Assembly (NCBI GenBank): GCA_032718475.1
Contig: JAUCBJ010005441.1
Coordinates: forward strand, 34,251 to 98,250
Source of the DNA: Nemertoderma westbladi
Taxonomy: Eukaryota; Animalia; Xenacoelomorpha
DNA: 64,000 nucleotides
Direction: 5' to 3'
This document shows positions 37,394 to 48,900 of the stretch, in pieces. Under the pieces are notes generated by a model. The model was given only the letters and a program-made list of their open reading frames with translations, made no database searches and was not told the DNA's origin. The stretch's first letter is position 1, and each line of letters begins with the position of its first letter. The position numbers were made by a program, and so were the translations under genes.

Positions 37394-39005
37394 TGTTCGC
37401 GGTATTTCAACTTTCCATAACGCGAGTTGAATATTTTTGTATTTATTTAAAATTGATTATTCCGATATTACTACTGGGTGCGGGACCATGGGTTTTGGGC
37501 ACATTCAAGAAACTGGGGGCGATTTATGGGCGAACTTTGGGGCAACTTACAGGGTACGGGAATAATTTCATAGTTATAAGGGCCAGGGGGGGATGGAAAA
37601 TGCAAGCAGTATTCAGGTTAGCCTGAGTACTATTAGGCCCTGGCCAACTTCCTGCTGCCTGTAGGGGTGGATTTGGTAATGCGCCAGGCCTAAAGGACAA
37701 GGACTGCCCTTAGCAGTCCCTGGCCAACAGCAGCCATTACGAGACTGAAAAGAACTCGGACCGCTGACTGCTTGTGTCAGGGATTTGCGACGGGCACCGA
37801 CGGCCCCTTAGTAGCCAAGCCGTTCTGGTTCTCGATGATCGTTCCCTTCGGGGTTCGTGAGGGGTGGAGCGGACACGCGAACGGGTGGCCAACTAACGAC
37901 TGCCCCCTGACCTAAGCCGTACTGGTTCTCGATGACCGATCCCTTCGGGGTTCGTGAGGGGTGGGACGGACATGCGAAAGGGCTGGCCACAGGACGGGTT
38001 TGACGAGAACTGCCCTTAGCGGTCTCTGGTCAACGGCAGCTACTACGAGACTGAAAAGAACTTGGAACGCTGACTGCTTGTACTGGGATTTGCGACGGGA
38101 ACCGACGACAGACCCCTTAGCCAAGCCGTACTGGTTCTCGATGATCGTTCCCTTCGGGGTTCGTGAGGGGTGGAACGGACACGCGATGGGGTCGAAAGAC
38201 AAAGGACTAGACTCGACTAGACTCTACTGGCCTACCGACTGTTCGGAGCAGTTTCTCGGCTGCCGAAGCGACTACGAGCCTGAAACGGACTCGGAAAGCC
38301 TAGGTGGTTGGGTTTCTGTGATGAACCGACGGACCCCTAGCCAAGCCGTTCTGGTTCTCGATGATCGAACCCTTCGGGGTTCGTGAGGGGTGGAACGGAC
38401 ACGCGAACGGGTCCACCGACACGACAGACTCCTAGCCAAGCCGTACTGGTTCTCGATGACCGAACCCTTCGGGGTTCGAGAGGGGTGGTACGGATACGCG
38501 ACAGAGTCTACCGACTGGACCGACCCTTAGCCAAGCCGTGCTGGTTCTCGATGATCGTTCCCTTCGGGGTTCGTGAGGGGTGGAACGGACACGCGACAGG
38601 GTCAACCGACACCGACACTACGGCACTAAGACTGGGACCGAGGGAAAATCTGGGGAACATTAGGTAGGCTAAAATTCTGAGCAAACAGTGGGTTATTAAA
38701 TAATATACTGTAGGGATTTATATTATCGTGTATAATTATTGTGAATATTTGGTGTATATTGATTTGGGGAAGCCCAAAATTATTCTTAATCAAGTTTCAA
38801 TGATGTTGAACGGGTTTCAACTATAGGAAGTTACATTAAAGAGTATATCCAACTAATGCAGCTTTTTATCAACCGCAAACTTGCATCTCAGAAAATATTC
38901 CCTCCCCACAATCAATATCCGGTGACTGGCCGGGGCTCGGTGGTCTGTTAAGTCACGTCTCCAGCATCGGCGTTTTTCCCCCCTGGTGTAGGGATAACGG
39001 CAACA
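37394..39005 (+). repeat. 3' LTR of element B (second copy of the RNA-module array at 37705-38615)
   Basis: Direct repeat of 27391-29002, preceded by a PPT. Confidence 0.97.
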
Positions 39006-40600
39006 AAGCGAATATATTGCAGTATTGGTCCCTTATAACCGGTGAGGCAGAAAACAGTCTACGAGCAGACAAACTTCGATAAAACAAAATCCCGCGCAGC
39101 GAATCCTAAAATCAGGCTGACTCACTGACGGACTAAGGGGCTCGTATACTTTGCCGCGGTGTGATTTATATGGTTGGGCGAAAGAGACGCTAGCTAGATG
39201 CAGAGATTTGGAGATGTCTAACTAGCGGGCAAAGTGCAGTACGGACAAAAGTTAATTTTATATATTTTGAGGTGTAAATAATTTCTAACTCGCGTGTGTT
39301 AATTCTGAACAGTCAAAGCAGTTTTGCTCCTTCACATATATAATTACTGGGTATGGTGTACATTTTACGAATATTCTAATTTTGTAACTTGTAGGTCCAA
39401 TACTCACGAATGATAAGGTTCCTTCCCCTCTTGCGTATTTCCAGGACTCAAATTCAGGCATAAAGTTAATGCTACGCCCAGAATTCGGCAATTTTAATTT
39501 ACCAGGTCCCTAATACTAAGAAGAAATGTGTTAGTTTACTACAGTAGGCGTACGGTTACAAATAGCTATCCTGGCTCTTATCTAGAATTTTAGTCACCTA
39601 GGTAGGCTGGGTAACTTCCTATCAGGATGTTGGCGGGGACACGGTAGATGTTAGTATATCCCTAATAGCCTCAATTTATTTGCGCCTAGTCGTAAACTGC
39701 CCTACCGCCTGAACGGTACAATCCTAATTCAGGTGAAACACAGCAACCCTCCTAGCCTACAAGTTCTAATGCAATGGACACCGTTGCACTACAAATAGTC
39801 GCAAACGCACCTGTACTTAGCAAGAGTTAGGCGTACAGTTTGCTGCACCCTACCAATGTGTATGCCTTGTACTGGTGTGCCTACGTCCCATCTGCGTACT
39901 AGTATCTCTGCCTGAGCTCTCTCTCCTCTCCTCCCGTAGGAATATGAAGGCCTACTGCGGTTTTTCCTGAATTAAAACAGTACAGTCCCTAGGATGTAAT
40001 TTTAGGCGTACAGCGTGTCACTACCTCTACCTTTGATCTTTGGTCTTACGCTTAGGTAGCAAGGCATCGAACGCTGTCTAACCTTTCAGGCGATGGGCGA
40101 ATAACTAAGATGGTATTGCGGGTTGTCTCCTGTCTACATTCCCTTGATGTTCCCGTTCATTGCTGCGGCCCGAAGTCTAGCCGGCCATCCTGTCCCTTAG
40201 TTGAGTTCACCGTGGTGAAGCATGATAAAACAGATAGAAAAAGGGCAGATGTGACAAGTATTTCTAACTTTTATTACAAAATCAAACAATAACTATTATA
40301 CAATAAACAGAGATAGAAACTGAAGTGATAGAGTGTGATAGATAGAATATATAACTAATGAACGAAATCGCACCTTTTATACCAAATTTGTGCCGCAATC
40401 AATCGAGAAAATTCTCGATTGTTCTATAGGTTCTAACAGGTTTTTAAAGATAGCTATTGGTCCAGCTAATATATAACTTGCACGACATTGGTTACAATCT
40501 AATAACTACAGTCTCATTGGTTAATCTAGGTACAGACAAATGCAATTTAATTTGTAGCGGTCAATTTAAATGAGTTGAAATTCTGCACAAAAAATTATTC

Positions 40601-40677
40601 GCACTTACTAGGATTCGAACTCAATACCTACTACATATATAATTTCCAACGCTCTACCGACTGAGCTACTGAACCAC
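40601..40677 (-). promoter_or_regulatory. tRNA-like A-box/B-box (Pol III type 2) cassette inside LTR A; second copy at 57231-57299
   Basis: Minus strand reads GTAGCTCAGTCGGTAGAGCG...GAGTTCGAATCC, with no proper anticodon arm. Confidence 0.6.
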
Positions 40678-41597
40678 TTGACTAAACATCGTACAATAGA
40701 TATAACAAATACAAATGAGGACTCAAAGTAATCTTTTAGCAAAGTTAATTCGAATAAAATAAAATTTTGAAAATCCACGGCATTTAGGGAATATAATTCT
40801 ATACCGCTCCATGAAAACAGGATATTATCGTGCATAAAATATACGGTTTTCACCAATAATCAATCAAACTATAGAATACTTAGGGCGTACTTACATATTT
40901 ACAAATTAAATTTCAAACAATACTTCCTTTCTACATAATGATTCGATACAAAATAATTACAAATTCAAACTTTACATATTTAAGGCTTTACTAAGTAAAT
41001 TCAATATAAATCTAAATTAAATTCACCAATATAAATCTATTGCATCTCAATATTGCATAAATTCAAACAATTACAAATACAAATAAATGAAATCATAAGA
41101 AAGGCTCGCGAGTCTTCCATCTACTATTGCATCTCAAATATTGCATAAATTCAAATAATTACAAATACTTTCGTGCCTAAATGTAGATTGCATAAGTTCG
41201 GAATAATTACAAATATGAGTCTTTCTAAGCACAAAACTTTCTAACTATAAAACTTTCTAAATACAAAATATAACACCTTACAAATGAAACTATAAGAAAG
41301 GCCCACGAGTCTTCCATCTACTCTTACTTTCTATTTCACTGTAAATACAAATACTGCTTATAAGATATAAATTGCATAGTATTCGGAACAATATAAATTG
41401 CATAAGTTCGGAATAATCACAAATATAAAATATAAATCTTGCAAAATATAAATTCTTACTAAATATAAATCTTACTAAATATGAGTTCTTCCAGAATACA
41501 AAACTTACTAATTAAATATAAAACATATAACTCAAATAAATCACAAATTCACAAGAAAGGCTCACGAGTCTTCCGTCCACCCTTGCCCTCCCTTTTA

Positions 41598-44500
41598 TCA
41601 CTGTGTTGATCGAACCCTGCCGCGTCCTCGAAAACTGCGCACAGGTGACTTTGCTCGCGATATGGGACTCGTGGGGCGAGTCACTGGTTTCGTTTGGACG
41701 TTGAGAGACGGTGAGACTATTTCCTCGCAAATTCGTCTATTTGGCATCCCAAAACCTCGACCGATTCCTCGTGACCGATCAGTTGTCACTACGGTTGGTA
41801 AAACGTCTGGGAACGCGCGGGAAGCGGACGACGCAGACCCAAGAGTAGCTTGCACCCCCTTTTGATCAGCTGGTGTATGTCCCGATCCTCCTGTTGGTTC
41901 TCTAGGAAGCGATACCGTATCCCGAGTAATTCGAATAGTCGGCTCAACTCCCTTGCGTTCTTCTATATTAATAGACTTCTTTAATTGTTGGCTAACTTTC
42001 TGGACCCTTATGATCCTACCCTGTCCGTCCTCCCGAGGGTGACGTGCAGACGGCGCAACCGGAGTAGCTGGTATGTCGGTCGCCTCTAGGATCTCCTCTT
42101 CCTCGAATACGCTCGCTCGTATACGTTTGTGGTAAAACGCGGCTCGGTATGCCCATGCGACGGTTAACCAAGCTCCTTTATTCCGCTTTTCAGTTCGGAA
42201 ACGATCAAATTCACCATACGTGATACGATTTACGACTTTCTGAAAATTCCACGTGTTCTTGTTGTCTGGGTGAATCTGTAATAGATACTCGCGCACTACT
42301 CGGAATCCACTGTCGTGGGGCAAAATATCGACTACCTCGATAAGTTCGTCATATTGGGGCATAGCGGAGATGTATCCTTCCGACATCATCGTTTGGGGAT
42401 TTACCGCCCAAAATCCAAGATGCGCCCTCATCGGAAATCGTCTTCTTTGTGCCGATACATGTTCGTCGGCTAAATCTTCCCACTCATCGAATAATTTTCT
42501 CACGAGTTTTACAGATTCGTGTTCATAGGGTATGTCTCTTAGTTGGCATTCAGATGCTCGATGCCCTTTTATATTGCAATAAGTACATTGAGCCATAAAT
42601 CTCCAGCAAGTATAAAAGGTATGAGACCCTTGATCTCCACACCATCCACAGATTAGCTGAGTCGTAGTAATATGCTTTCCACTGCACTTGGTCGAATGAT
42701 GTCCAGCGACGCCACATTTACCACACATCGTATTGGCAGGGTACCACACTCGTTCGTATATAAGATCTCCAATCGGTCGAGCGCTTCCTCCCACACTATA
42801 ATCGTAATCATCTGGATCTATGGGTTGATAGGTTTCTGAGGGTTGTATACAAACTATAGCATCTGTTGCTTCAAGTTGTCGAATCTCCATCTGAGATTTC
42901 TTCGGGAGGTTCCTTTCTATCTCAAGAAGTTCCTCTAAAGGATCGTCAGTGATCGTAGTAGTTACTTCGAAATCATCACCAAGGTGACCGATAGGCGCGC
43001 GCGTCTGCCGTGATTCATCCGTAATCTCCACGATACGTTCTCCTTCATAGGGTAACAATGTAAACATAGATGGTCTTTCGATAAGAGATCCCGCACAGCG
43101 AAGATACACGTCTCGAAATATACTAAATCCTGCTCGAGTAAAGGCATTACACTGAGCGTCGGAGTTGTAGAAGGGTTCAAGGAATCGTCTAAACACGTCG
43201 GTATGAATTCTCCCTTCCATGTAGAACGTATGGTCTTCTCCGAGACAAAGTGGATGTCTTTTGAGAGTCCGAGACACAATGTCGGCGATTAGGCAAACAT
43301 TCACTGACGACTCTATTGCTAAATAATATTGTAGGACCGCTCTTGGAGGTGACGTAATAGCCCAATACACGCATCCTCTCCATTTAAGCTGTGATTCAAA
43401 CTCACTCATATCTGGAGTATCACCTTCTCCATAAGTCTCAATATACTTGGTTCTCTTACTTTCCTTATAATCCCAATTGAATAACAGGTAGGAAATGTAT
43501 CCAGTTCCAGTCTTCTGAGTATTATACTCACGAAAATATCCCTGTTCTATAGACCACAAAATAAGAGGTCGAGTGTCGACGTACGGTGTCGGTAGTCGGT
43601 CATCGCTGTCCGTCATGCCGGCGAAGTCGCTAATTAAGTCCTCCCTTACTCCTGATCCAATCTTTACAACAGTTTTATCTAAAATCATATTTCTTACCAT
43701 CTTCGGTAGCATTCTAGCGTCGATATTACAAGCTTGGTCCATCTTCTTTACTATGTCCGTGATGAGATGGTGTCGCTTTGTATTTGCTGGAGGTATCGGC
43801 ATTCGTTTGTCGCTCCTCTGTCTACTGAAAACGTGCAGGACTCCGTCCGCCGCTCTAATTTGTATAGTCTTAGAAGTCAAACTCTGTTGATGACTGCCGC
43901 CCTCGTTATCGTAAAACATGTAACCATTTTCCTGAAACGATCTAAACGTTCTATTCCATTCATCCAACAATTCTTCCGAAGGTTGCCAAATCTTCTCTAT
44001 GTCCTTATCATCTTCGAAACGAATAACCTTACCTCGCCAATCTGCGGCAATATCTGTATCCGACTCGAAGGTTCCGGTTCCAATCCATAAACGAATCGTT
44101 CTGGTTAAATATCCTTTCAAATTGCTCGGAGCTATATCAGCACCAGCTCTATCCAGTTCCTTAAAGTCTTGAATATGAGGTGGAACGTTATACACGACCT
44201 TTTGAGTAATATGTCTACGTAAATCATATATCTTACTCATATCGCTGAAAACAACTGCAGGAAGAAACTCCAAGTTTGAAATGATTTCTGGATGATCTAC
44301 GATGGGTATTTCGTACGTCGTATCCTGTCGGACTGGTATACTAATAGGAAAATTGAGTGTCATACTCAATGGTTTCGTAGTTGAAGTACTATATGGTTGC
44401 ATTTCTCTTGTCCTCTCCGGGGATGCAATCTGTAGTCTCTGAATAACATTTTGAGCAAAGTTTATGCTCTCGAAAACTTCCGGTGTCATCTCCTTAGCTG

Positions 44501-45320
44501 GAGTTTGATCGTGTGATGTCCAATGGTAAGGTAGGCTCGCGAGTCTTCCGCCCCATTCTTCCATCTCACCTTTCTCGAAAGCCTTGTAGGCTCTGTATAG
44601 GCTAAGAGTTTCTTTCTTTTCGCGGGTTGACTGATTCGCCTCGTCCAGCGTAAGTTCAAATACATCGGGTTCAACAACCTTAGGTGGGTAAACGACAGTT
44701 TCTCCCGCCTTTGGTCCGGTCATAGCAAATGAATGATATGGATTCGATAAAGGATACCCTCCTTCCTGGTAGCGTAGTTGTTGATGGTTCGAACACCTCG
44801 CCAATATCGGTTCGGGATTTTCCTTATTCAAACGCATCGGAATCGCATTTCGTTGTTCGCGCATACAAGAACCGCATTGATAATAAAGTTTATAAACTGA
44901 AAATGCTTCCTTTGTTTCTCTATCGTCCCCTCGAGTTCGTCTGTAAAGGTGCATTCCATCGAATTCATCTCGTACCGCGGGCATAGGTTCGTGCGCCTTT
45001 AGGTATTGCATGGTATGATACAAACGACTAATTTCAGTATCGGGGTCTTCGCTAATGTCTCCCGTATCACACAAAGTGTCGTACGGGTAAAGTTCATTGA
45101 AGGTTTTGCGTAAACTTTTGATTCTTTCATTTAATGCGTTTTGCCTTCTCTTTAATACATTCGAGTCATATTTAGTTCTCGCGAGTTTCGCAGTACTTTC
45201 TGATAATTCTTTTATACCAAATATAGTGTAGTCCTTGGCTCCAAATCTTTCGAATGGCGCTGCTGCTTCCTCTTGGATATCATATCCCCATCTCGGCTCT
45301 CCATGTATCTCCTTCTCCAT
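41598..45320 (-). CDS. Element A extra ORF, intact, 1240 aa: DEDDy/WRN-like exonuclease fold plus three CCHC-type knuckles
   Basis: FYDNEG; LPKMVRNMILDKTVVKIGSGVRED; VDTRPL; KTGTGY; YYLAIE; CGKCGVAGHHSTKC, CGWCGDQGSHTFYTC, CTYCNIKGHRASEC. Collinear with B's extra ORF. Confidence 0.8.
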   Translation of the reverse strand: MEKEIHGEPRWGYDIQEEAAAPFERFGAKDYTIFGIKELSESTAKLARTKYDSNVLKRRQNALNERIKSLRKTFNELYPYDTLCDTGDISEDPDTEISRLYHTMQYLKAHEPMPAVRDEFDGMHLYRRTRGDDRETKEAFSVYKLYYQCGSCMREQRNAIPMRLNKENPEPILARCSNHQQLRYQEGGYPLSNPYHSFAMTGPKAGETVVYPPKVVEPDVFELTLDEANQSTREKKETLSLYRAYKAFEKGEMEEWGGRLASLPYHWTSHDQTPAKEMTPEVFESINFAQNVIQRLQIASPERTREMQPYSTSTTKPLSMTLNFPISIPVRQDTTYEIPIVDHPEIISNLEFLPAVVFSDMSKIYDLRRHITQKVVYNVPPHIQDFKELDRAGADIAPSNLKGYLTRTIRLWIGTGTFESDTDIAADWRGKVIRFEDDKDIEKIWQPSEELLDEWNRTFRSFQENGYMFYDNEGGSHQQSLTSKTIQIRAADGVLHVFSRQRSDKRMPIPPANTKRHHLITDIVKKMDQACNIDARMLPKMVRNMILDKTVVKIGSGVREDLISDFAGMTDSDDRLPTPYVDTRPLILWSIEQGYFREYNTQKTGTGYISYLLFNWDYKESKRTKYIETYGEGDTPDMSEFESQLKWRGCVYWAITSPPRAVLQYYLAIESSVNVCLIADIVSRTLKRHPLCLGEDHTFYMEGRIHTDVFRRFLEPFYNSDAQCNAFTRAGFSIFRDVYLRCAGSLIERPSMFTLLPYEGERIVEITDESRQTRAPIGHLGDDFEVTTTITDDPLEELLEIERNLPKKSQMEIRQLEATDAIVCIQPSETYQPIDPDDYDYSVGGSARPIGDLIYERVWYPANTMCGKCGVAGHHSTKCSGKHITTTQLICGWCGDQGSHTFYTCWRFMAQCTYCNIKGHRASECQLRDIPYEHESVKLVRKLFDEWEDLADEHVSAQRRRFPMRAHLGFWAVNPQTMMSEGYISAMPQYDELIEVVDILPHDSGFRVVREYLLQIHPDNKNTWNFQKVVNRITYGEFDRFRTEKRNKGAWLTVAWAYRAAFYHKRIRASVFEEEEILEATDIPATPVAPSARHPREDGQGRIIRVQKVSQQLKKSINIEERKGVEPTIRITRDTVSLPREPTGGSGHTPADQKGVQATLGSASSASRAFPDVLPTVVTTDRSRGIGRGFGMPNRRICEEIVSPSLNVQTKPVTRPTSPISRAKSPVRSFRGRGRVRSTQ

Positions 45321-45981
45321 AATTAGATGTGTAGTTACATAATCATACTACTAGAGGGAATACAACAGAGTTTGTAGTTAGTTGTGAGGAGACGTGAGAG
45401 TTTTCGTCTGCCCTTTTGGCTCGACAACGCTCTAACCTCCTACCCATAGCCTAAGATCTAGGGTTTCTTTAATGACACGCTGCTTCTTATCTAAAATTTT
45501 TTGCCGAAATAAAAACGAATTTGGGCTAAACTGGCTGTGAGTCTAAAATACTCACTTTTTGATCCCAAACTATTATCAGAAAATAAGCAGTCAAGAATTA
45601 GTAATAAATATAGGGAAGTCTATTTTTTGACGTAACTTATTGAAACAAGACCGTGTAAAATTTAATTAAATTTTTAAGAAAGGCTCGCAAGTCTTCCTCT
45701 CTTGTTTCTCTAATTTTAAGTTCCACCCGACTGTACCCTGAAATCTATTCACTGGAGAAAATTTTAAAAATTTTTCAAATCCAAATGGATTGTCTAAAAT
45801 TTCGAAAATGTCTCAATATTGTGAGTTCCAAGTAGAATTCCATTTCTTATACCTACAAATCCCGCTCCTATGTGATACATAAGGGTACTACCCTCAATGT
45901 TCACATATAAAGACAATGGAATTCTACCGCTGTCCTTACTATGGTGTACAGGTACGTGGAAATCTATTTGTAAACTCCTAA

Positions 45982-48900
45982 TTATTTACTAACATTAGTT
46001 GGAGATTTGTAGTCTCCAGACTCGTTACGAGTCTCTTCAAGAAGTACGAGACGTTGAGTCGGTCTGTCAACTGTACGACCGTCAATTGTCCGTACCGTCA
46101 CAGTTCTTGTCACTCCATCCATAGATGGATGTGTGGCTAAAATTACACCTGTTATCCAGAAGCGTCTTTTTAGATTCACTTCCGCTAACAGCACGTGATC
46201 TCCCGGCTTTAATGCGCGGGTATTATTGTACCAGTTTGTTCTGGCAGAAATAGAGGGCAAATAATGGTTTTGCCATATTTCCCAGAATTTGTTAGCCAGT
46301 AGTTGCGTGATTTTCCACGCTTTTCTACCGTAGCTATCGCTTTCTATTGGAATAGAAATAGGCGTCAAAGTTGTCGGTGCCTGCATAAGCAGGTGTGCCG
46401 GTGTCAAAGCAAACTGAGATTGTTTGTCATCGGGTACTAATACTATTGGTCTAGTATTTAGTATTGCCTCGATTTCAACAAACAGTGTTGTCAGTTGGTC
46501 GTCTGTCAATATGTGGTTTACTGGAATGACCTTTGCCATGGCTGTTTTTATAGATCTAATCAATCTCTCCCAGACTCCGCCTCTCCATGGACTATCTGGA
46601 GGATTAAACTTCCAAACAATCTTGTAAGGACGTAGTTCGTTTGAGATTTGATCATGATCTAATTTCTTAAAGGCTCTAGCAATCTCATTTCGAGCACCAA
46701 CAAAGTTTGTCCCTTGGTCTGAGTACAAGCATTTCACTAGTCCGCGTCTAGCGATAAATCGCCGCAATGCTAGTATAAACGCGTTGGTGGAAAGATCCAT
46801 CACACGTTCAATATGAACTGCCCTACTGGACATACATGTGAAAATCAGTCCCCAGCGTTTTACTAGTATACGTCCACGTTTCGTATGTATGGGACCAAAG
46901 CAATCAATTCCAGTCTCTGTAAAAGGTGGTCTGAATGCTTGAAGTCGTGCTTGTGGAAGTTCACTCATTTCTTGGGTACCTATTCTAGAATGTACCTTTT
47001 TACAAATAATACAAGTACGTGTCACTGAACTTAACGCTTTACTGGGTCTAATTAATACAAATCTTGTACGTAAGTAGGAAAGACAGTGGTGTCTTCCAGC
47101 GTGTTTCAGATGTAAATGTGCGTCCAGTATCATTGCACGTTGTAGTTCGTGATGCTGTGGTATTATTATTGGGTACCTAAAGTTTGTGTTAAAGTCAATG
47201 TTTTGAAGCCGAGATTTATGACAAATTAAGCCATTATAAATTATCGGACTCCAACTCAATATTGGTGACGACTTGATTGGTTGACCTTGATTTATAGATG
47301 TGAATTCGCGCGCGAAATATCGCAGTTGGTAATGGCGAATTAATTTAATTTCACACCTGTCAATCTCAGTCAATGTAAGTCGACGTGTAAAGTCGCGTTT
47401 GCCTTTAACGTATTGTACAAAACGTACAATCCACGCTAATTTTCGGCAAGCGTTTGTCCAAGAGTCTGTTAAGTTTACAATACGGTCGACGTGAGTATTT
47501 ATGACGTCATCAGGTAAGTCAATGGAGAATTTGGAAGGTTTTGATTTACTAGAAGGGCCCACGGGTCCGCCGGTAAGTATTCCCTTGTTGACTGTTGATC
47601 CGTCCGGGTCTACAAGTAATTTGTCCTTCCTTGTTTTCTTACCTTGATTGTCAGTACTTTGTAAGTCGATCGTTAATGGTGGTTTGAACTCTATGGGGTC
47701 AGTGGGTTTCGGTAAACTTAATTTTCTGCCGATATTAATCCCAGGTTTCACCGTAGGTTGCAAGTTTGGTATGTCTCTTGAGCGCAAAGTAACACCTGTA
47801 TTTACATTTACGTAGGTACTACCCACATCTGTAATACATGAGGTTTCACCGTGCTTATTGTTGCTCAAGTGTGTCAAATTTGGTAGTTTGTCAATACAAG
47901 GCCGCTCCAATAGAGAAACTGCGGCTTCACTATTTGTCAAAATGTCACTAGTGTCTAGTAGAACATTTTGTGACATGTCTGGTAAAATGTTTCACGGAAC
48001 ATCCGGCGAAATATCTAGTGACGTGTCTGGCAAAACGTCTGGTTGACCGTCTAGTAACGCGTCTGGTTGTTTGTCAATAGAAGGCCGCTCCAATAGAGAA
48101 ACTGCGGCTTCACTATTTGTCAATATGTTACTAGTGTCTGGTAGAACATTTTGTGATATGTCTGGTAAAATGTCTGGTTGGCTGTCTAGTAACGTGTCTG
48201 GTTGACCGTCTGGCGATATGTCTGGTGTAGAAAGGCTCGCAAGTCTTCCGTTCTTGACTTTGGAAGTTATATCTTTCCATTTCGCCTTCGGTTTTTTCTT
48301 AAGTTTGGCCGCCGTCCTTTTCTTTGCTTTCCCTTTCTTTGGTTTTTTAATTTCCGCGTCTTTAGGGATAGTGTTAGACTTGTTGTCATATAGTGGCGGC
48401 CAATGTTGTACTGATCTTTGCAAGAATTGTGGTCCGTGTTGCCAAAATTCTTTGTTCTCCGGTTCACAGAATTCCTCAGGCATCATTCCTCTTGACGCAA
48501 TATCGGCTGGGTTTTGTGGTCCGGGACAATGTCGCCAATCTTCCTTTATTGAACGGTCTAGAATTTCTGCGCGACGGTTAGCTACGAATGTCTTGAATTC
48601 AAGTGTGTCGTTGTTTATGTAAAATAAAACCAACGTCGCGTCAGTCCAATAAAATATCTGTAAACTTGACTGTAGTTCTGTCTGTATAAGGTTCACGATT
48701 GTGGTTGACAGGGTTGCGGCTTGTAGCTCAGCTCGTGGTGTCGTCATATACTTAGTAGGCATTGTTTTTGCCTTAGAAGTAATGAGCGAAACATCGAATT
48801 CTTCTGAGTCTACTTGTCTGCGCAAGTACGCTGCCACACCAAAGCCGTTGTCACTGGCGTCGGAAAAACAATGTAATTCCAAGTTGTCAGGAAACGTTGT

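Larger units (their letters stand above)
27391..39005 (+). mobile_element. BEL/Pao LTR retrotransposon B, non-autonomous (RT/RH/IN core deleted), nested in A's LTR
   Basis: TGTT...AACA termini; TSD AAGCG (27386-27390 and 39006-39010); 1612-bp LTRs differing at about six positions; G-rich PPT at 37385-37392. Confidence 0.95.
27286..40803 (-). repeat. 3' LTR of element A (1898 bp), split into 27286-27390 and 39011-40803 by element B
   Basis: Joining the two pieces reproduces 55536-57425 apart from a few substitutions and one 8-bp indel. Confidence 0.95.

Noticed and set aside
37705-38615. SECIS elements recoding the TGA at 35069
   Set aside because: An AUGA/GA core is present, but the upper helix is only 7 bp with a UUCG loop and lacks the apical AA. 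The TGA is not at a Cys-like position, and CGA-to-TGA decay is simpler.
41598-45320. env gene in the third-ORF position
   Set aside because: No signal peptide or transmembrane segment is evident; nuclease and knuckle motifs are present instead.
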